Shown here: piece by piece, positions 37,004-41,329 of the stretch
Position numbering within the stretch: the first letter of the stretch is position 1
Layout: the number at the start of each line of letters is the position of its first letter
Assembly: GCF_004010195.1 (NCBI RefSeq)
Contig: NC_057720.1
Coordinates: 26,747,369 to 26,788,697 of the forward strand
Reading direction: 5' to 3'
DNA: 41,329 nucleotides
Origin: Chiloscyllium plagiosum
Lineage: Eukaryota
Program-made: the position numbers and the translations under genes
Notes under the pieces: model-generated
The model's input: only the letters and a program-made list of their open reading frames with translations
Database searches by the model: none
Told to the model about the DNA's origin: nothing

Positions 37004-37117
37004 CGAGGAGAAAGTGAGGACTGCAGATGCTGGAGAAGGGCTAATGCCTGAAACATCGATTCTCCTGCTCCGTGGATGCTGCCTGACCTGCTGCACTTTT
37101 CCAGCAACACATTTTTC
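37004..37117. mobile_element. Short family A insertion (tail + inverted arm)
   Basis: Perfect 15-bp TSD ATCCCTCAAAATTCA (36989-37003, 37118-37132); empty site in the paralog at ~715-740. Confidence 0.92.
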
Positions 37118-38394
37118 ATCCCTCAAAATTCAGCAAGGCAGACAATGTGTGGAACCGCAGGAGCTGTGAGAGATACTAAATGAGTATTTTGCATCAGTGT
37201 TTACTGTGGAGAAGGACATGGAAGATATAGAATGCAGGAAAATAGATGATGACATCTTGAAAAATATGCATAATACAGAGGAGGACGTGCTGAATGTCTT
37301 AAAATGCATAAAGGTGTATAAATCCCCAGGACATGATCAGGTTGTACCCTAGAACCCTGTGGGAAGTTAGGGAAGGGATTGCTGAGGCTTTTACTGAGAT
37401 ACCTGAATCATTGGTAGTCACAGTTGAGGTGCTGGAAGACTGGAGGTTGGCTAATGGAGTGCAACTATTTAAGAAAGGTGATTCAGCAAAAGCCAGGGAA
37501 CTATTGACAAGTGAGTCTGACATCAGTGGTGGGAAAGTTGTTGGAGGGAATCCTGAGGGACAGGATTTACATGTATTAAGAAAGGCAAAGATTGATTAGG
37601 CATAGTCAACATGGCTTTGTGTGTGGGAAATCGTATCTCACTAATTTGATTGCATTTTTTGAAGAATTAACAAAGAGGATTGATGAGGGCAGAGTGGTTG
37701 ACGTGATCTATATGGACCTCAATAAGGCATTCAACAAGGTTCTTCATGGTAGACTGGTTAGCGAGGTTAGATCACATTGAACTAGCCATTTGGATACAGA
37801 ATTGGCTCAAAGATAGAAGACAGAGGGAGGTGGTGGAGGGTTGTCTTTCAGATTGGAGACATGTGACCAGCGGTGTGCCACAAGAATCAGTGATGGGTCT
37901 ACTGTTTTTTGAAATTTATATAAATGATTTGGATGTGAACAAAGAAGATAGTTAGTAAGTTTGCAGATGACACCAAAATTAGAGGTGTAGTGGACAGCAA
38001 AGAAGGTTACCTCACATTACAACAGGATCTTGATCAGATGGTCTGATAGGCCGGGGAGTGGCAGTTGGAGTTTAATTTAGATAAATGTGAAGTGCTGCAT
38101 TTTGGAAAAGCAAATCAGACCAGGACTTATACACTTAATGGTAAGGCCCTGCGGTGTGTTGCAAGTTCATAGCTCCTTGAAAGTGGAGTCACAGGTAGAC
38201 AGGATAGTGAAGAAGATGTTTAGCATGCTTTCCTTTATTGGTCAGAGCAGAGAGTATATGAGTTGGGAGGTCATGTTGTGACTGTACAGAACATTTCTTA
38301 GGTAAAAACAATGACTGCAGATGCTGGAAACCAGATTCTGGATTAGTGGTGCTGGAAGAGCACAGCATTTCAGGCAAAATCCGAGGAGCAGTAA

Positions 38395-38430
38395 AATCGA
38401 CGTTTCGGGCAAACGCCATTCATCAGGAAT
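38395..38430 (-). ncRNA. Minimal hammerhead motif (core intact, weakened stem II)
   Basis: ATTC-CTGATGA-AT-GGC-GTTT-GCC-C-GAAA-C-GTC-GATT. Confidence 0.65.
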
Positions 38431-38599
38431 AAAGGCAGAGAGCCTGAAGCGTGGAGAGATAAGCTGACGAAGGTGGGGGTGGGGAGAAAGATCCTGGACT
38501 AGGGGGATAGGACAGTGTCGAGGTAGGTAGAGATGAGTTCAGTGGGGCAGGAGCATGCTGAGACAATGGGTCGGCCAGGGTGGTCAGGCTTGTGGATCT

Positions 38600-38710
38600 T
38601 TGGAAGGAGGTAGAACTGGGCAGCTTGGGAAGGAGGTGGAATCGGGCAGCTTGGGAAGGAGGTGGAATCGGGCAGCTTGGCAAGGAGGTGGAATCGGGCA
38701 GCTTGGGAAG
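38600..38710. repeat. 26-bp tandem repeat (~4 units) at the PLE inversion junction
   Basis: GGGCAGCTTGGGAAGGAGGTGGAATC starting at 38618, 38644, 38670, partial at 38696. Confidence 0.95.
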
Positions 38711-38953
38711 CCAAACGCCAACTCGAGGACACCTCTTCCTACTGCCCCCTCGACCATGACCCCACCCCTCATCACCAAACCATCATCTCCCAGACAATAC
38801 AGAACCTCATCACCTCAGGAGATCTCCCACCCACAGCTTCCAACCTCATAGTCCGGGAACCCAGCACTGCCCGGTTCTACCTCCTTTCCAAGATCCACTC
38901 CCCACCTCTTCCTCTGCTACATTGATGACTGCATTGGCGCCACCTCGTTTTCC

Positions 38954-39902
38954 NNNNNNNNNNNNNNNNNNNNNNNNNNNNNNNNNNNNNNNNNNNNNNN
39001 NNNNNNNNNNNNNNNNNNNNNNNNNNNNNNNNNNNNNNNNNNNNNNNNNNNNNNNNNNNNNNNNNNNNNNNNNNNNNNNNNNNNNNNNNNNNNNNNNNNN
39101 NNNNNNNNNNNNNNNNNNNNNNNNNNNNNNNNNNNNNNNNNNNNNNNNNNNNNNNNNNNNNNNNNNNNNNNNNNNNNNNNNNNNNNNNNNNNNNNNNNNN
39201 NNNNNNNNNNNNNNNNNNNNNNNNNNNNNNNNNNNNNNNNNNNNNNNNNNNNNNNNNNNNNNNNNNNNNNNNNNNNNNNNNNNNNNNNNNNNNNNNNNNN
39301 NNNNNNNNNNNNNNNNNNNNNNNNNNNNNNNNNNNNNNNNNNNNNNNNNNNNNNNNNNNNNNNNNNNNNNNNNNNNNNNNNNNNNNNNNNNNNNNNNNNN
39401 NNNNNNNNNNNNNNNNNNNNNNNNNNNNNNNNNNNNNNNNNNNNNNNNNNNNNNNNNNNNNNNNNNNNNNNNNNNNNNNNNNNNNNNNNNNNNNNNNNNN
39501 NNNNNNNNNNNNNNNNNNNNNNNNNNNNNNNNNNNNNNNNNNNNNNNNNNNNNNNNNNNNNNNNNNNNNNNNNNNNNNNNNNNNNNNNNNNNNNNNNNNN
39601 NNNNNNNNNNNNNNNNNNNNNNNNNNNNNNNNNNNNNNNNNNNNNNNNNNNNNNNNNNNNNNNNNNNNNNNNNNNNNNNNNNNNNNNNNNNNNNNNNNNN
39701 NNNNNNNNNNNNNNNNNNNNNNNNNNNNNNNNNNNNNNNNNNNNNNNNNNNNNNNNNNNNNNNNNNNNNNNNNNNNNNNNNNNNNNNNNNNNNNNNNNNN
39801 NNNNNNNNNNNNNNNNNNNNNNNNNNNNNNNNNNNNNNNNNNNNNNNNNNNNNNNNNNNNNNNNNNNNNNNNNNNNNNNNNNNNNNNNNNNNNNNNNNNN
39901 NN
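38954..39902. other. Assembly gap (N run)
   Basis: Run of N. Confidence 1.
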
Positions 39903-40604
39903 TACTCTGTGCTACTTTCTCCCCACCCCCACCCTCCTCTAGCTTATCTCTCCACGCTTCAGGCTCTCTGCTTTTATTCCTGATGAAGAGCTTTTGCCCG
40001 ATTTTACTGCTCCTCGGATGCTGCCTGAACTGCTGTGCTCTTCCAGCACCACTAATCCAGAACATTTCTTAGGCCACTTCTGGTATATTGCGTGCAATTC
40101 TGGTCTCCCACTATAAAAAGGATGTAGCGAAACTTGAACAGGTTCAGAAAAGATTTACAAGGATGTTGCCAGGGTTGGAGGGCTTGAGCTATAGGGAGAG
40201 GCTGAATAAGCTGGGGCTATTTTCCCTGGAGTGTCGGAGGCTGCAGGGTGACCTTATAGAAGCTTATAAAATAATGAGGGGCATGGATAGGGTAAATAGA
40301 CAAGATCTTTTCCTTAGGGTGGGGAAACTAGAACTAGAGGACATAGGTTTAGGATGAGAGGTGAAAAATTTAAAAGGGACCTAACGGGTAACGTTTTCAT
40401 GCAGAGGGTGGTGCATGTATGGAATGAGCTGCCAGAAGAAGTGTTGGAGGCTGGTACAACTACAACATTTAAAAGACACTGGATGAGTTTATGAATAGGA
40501 AGGGTTTGGAGGGATATGGGCCAAGTGCTGGCTAACAGAGGTACTTTAGGTTAGGATATCTGGTTGGTGTGGATGAATTGGATTGAGTATTTCTGTGCTG
40601 TACA

Positions 40605-40676
40605 GAAACGTCGATTTTGCTGCTCCTTGGATGCTGCCTGAACTGCTGTGCTCTTCCAGCACCACTAATCCAGAAT
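40605..40676 (+). mobile_element. PLE pseudo-LTR fragment in the CR1 tail
   Basis: GAAACGTCGATTTTGCTGCTCC..CCACTAATCCAGAAT, same family as 38303-40057. Confidence 0.88.
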
Positions 40677-40680
40677 ATGA

Positions 40681-40898
40681 TTCTTCTGTCAGGCAGAAGA
40701 TACAAAAGCTTAAACACACATAGCAACAGGTTGAAGGACAGCATCTTCCTCACTGTTATTAGAATTCAAAATTGGACTCTCAAATTTTAAATCTAATGTT
40801 GATCTTTCTTTTTGCACAACTTCATTGCAGCCATAACATTTTGTTTTTTCCTCACTCTGTTCAATCACTGCTATGATCTTTGTATCTTTGTATATTAG
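40681..40898 (+). mobile_element. Rex1/Babar LINE right half and 3'UTR
   Basis: LLSGRRYKSLNTHSNRLKDSIFLTVIR, the expected continuation after ..NLFQ at 34993. Confidence 0.78.
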
Positions 40899-40899
40899 G

Positions 40900-41329
40900 A
40901 CATAGAACACAGAAAAATACATAACAGTACAGGCCCTTTGACCCTCGATGTTGCACCGATCCAAGCCCACCTAACCTACACTAGCCCATTATCCTCCATA
41001 TGCCTATCCAATGCCCATTTAAATGCCCATAAAGAGGGAGAGTCCACCACTGCTACTGGCAGGGCATTCCATGAACTCACGACTCGCTGAGTAAAGAACC
41101 TACCCCTAACATCTGTCCTATACCTACCACCCCCTAATTTAAAGCTATGCCCCCTCGTAATAGCTGACTCCATACGTGGAAAAAGATTCTCACTGTCGAC
41201 CCTATCTAAACCCCTAATCATCTTATACACCTCTATCAAGTCACCCCTAAAACTTCTTTCCTCCAATGAAAACAGCCCCAAGTGCCTAAGCCTTTCCTCA
41301 TACGATCTTCCTACCAGACCAGGCAACAT
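40900..41329 (-). mobile_element. CR1 3' end, comparatively intact, continues beyond the window
   Basis: Open frame MLPGLVGRSYEERLRHLGLFSLE..RGRFFTQRVVSSWNALP; tail TGTGTTCTATGT. Confidence 0.93.

Larger units (their letters stand above)
38303..40057. mobile_element. PLE (Neptune-like) insertion with inverted pseudo-LTRs and rearranged RT fragments
   Basis: 16-bp TSD CAGAACATTTCTTAGG (38287-38302, 40058-40073); arms ~38338-38490 and ~39915-40060; [29 protein letters not shown] (-); ARFYLLSKIH and LFLCYIDDCIG (+). Confidence 0.93.
34994..40683 (+). mobile_element. Long CR1 (ORF1 esterase part + ORF2 + 3'UTR), same subfamily as 1-2472, with three PLE insertions
   Basis: CCLPGARIKDI, VHIGTND, YFNAR, TETWL, SDHNS, QHGFVCGKSYLTNL, KFADDTK, QKRFTRMLPGLEGLSYRERL; resumes cleanly after each TSD. 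Confidence 0.93.

Noticed and set aside
38600..38710. CRISPR-like array
   Set aside because: Head-to-tail repeats without spacers in eukaryotic retroelement DNA.
38917..40065. 353-aa and 382-aa ORFs
   Set aside because: Artefacts of translating through the N gap.

Overview
Eukaryotic, repeat-saturated non-genic (intronic or intergenic) DNA, most likely from a shark or other elasmobranch, inferred from HE1-like V-SINEs, a Deu-domain SINE and the CR1/Penelope/Rex1 mix. No intact host gene or intact transposon ORF is evident. Most of the window is decayed CR1-type LINEs, including two near full-length copies of one subfamily in tail-to-tail orientation (about 2780-7225 +, 10088-15293 -) that share the same disabling mutations. 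It also holds a TG..CA solo LTR with a 4-bp TSD, a Rex1/Babar LINE split by a CR1, SINEs and two assembly gaps. The most notable signal is a dozen or more Penelope-like element (PLE) remnants and short PLE-derived fold-back elements from 4-5 distinct families. Many carry a minimal type-I hammerhead ribozyme core (CUGANGA-stem II-GAAA-palindromic stem III-NUH), often on both strands of a long hairpin, with 9-16 bp TSDs. The cleanest is a 224-bp non-coding element with perfect 92-bp inverted arms at 28624-28847. Family names come from recalled motifs, not database searches, and boundaries without TSDs are approximate.
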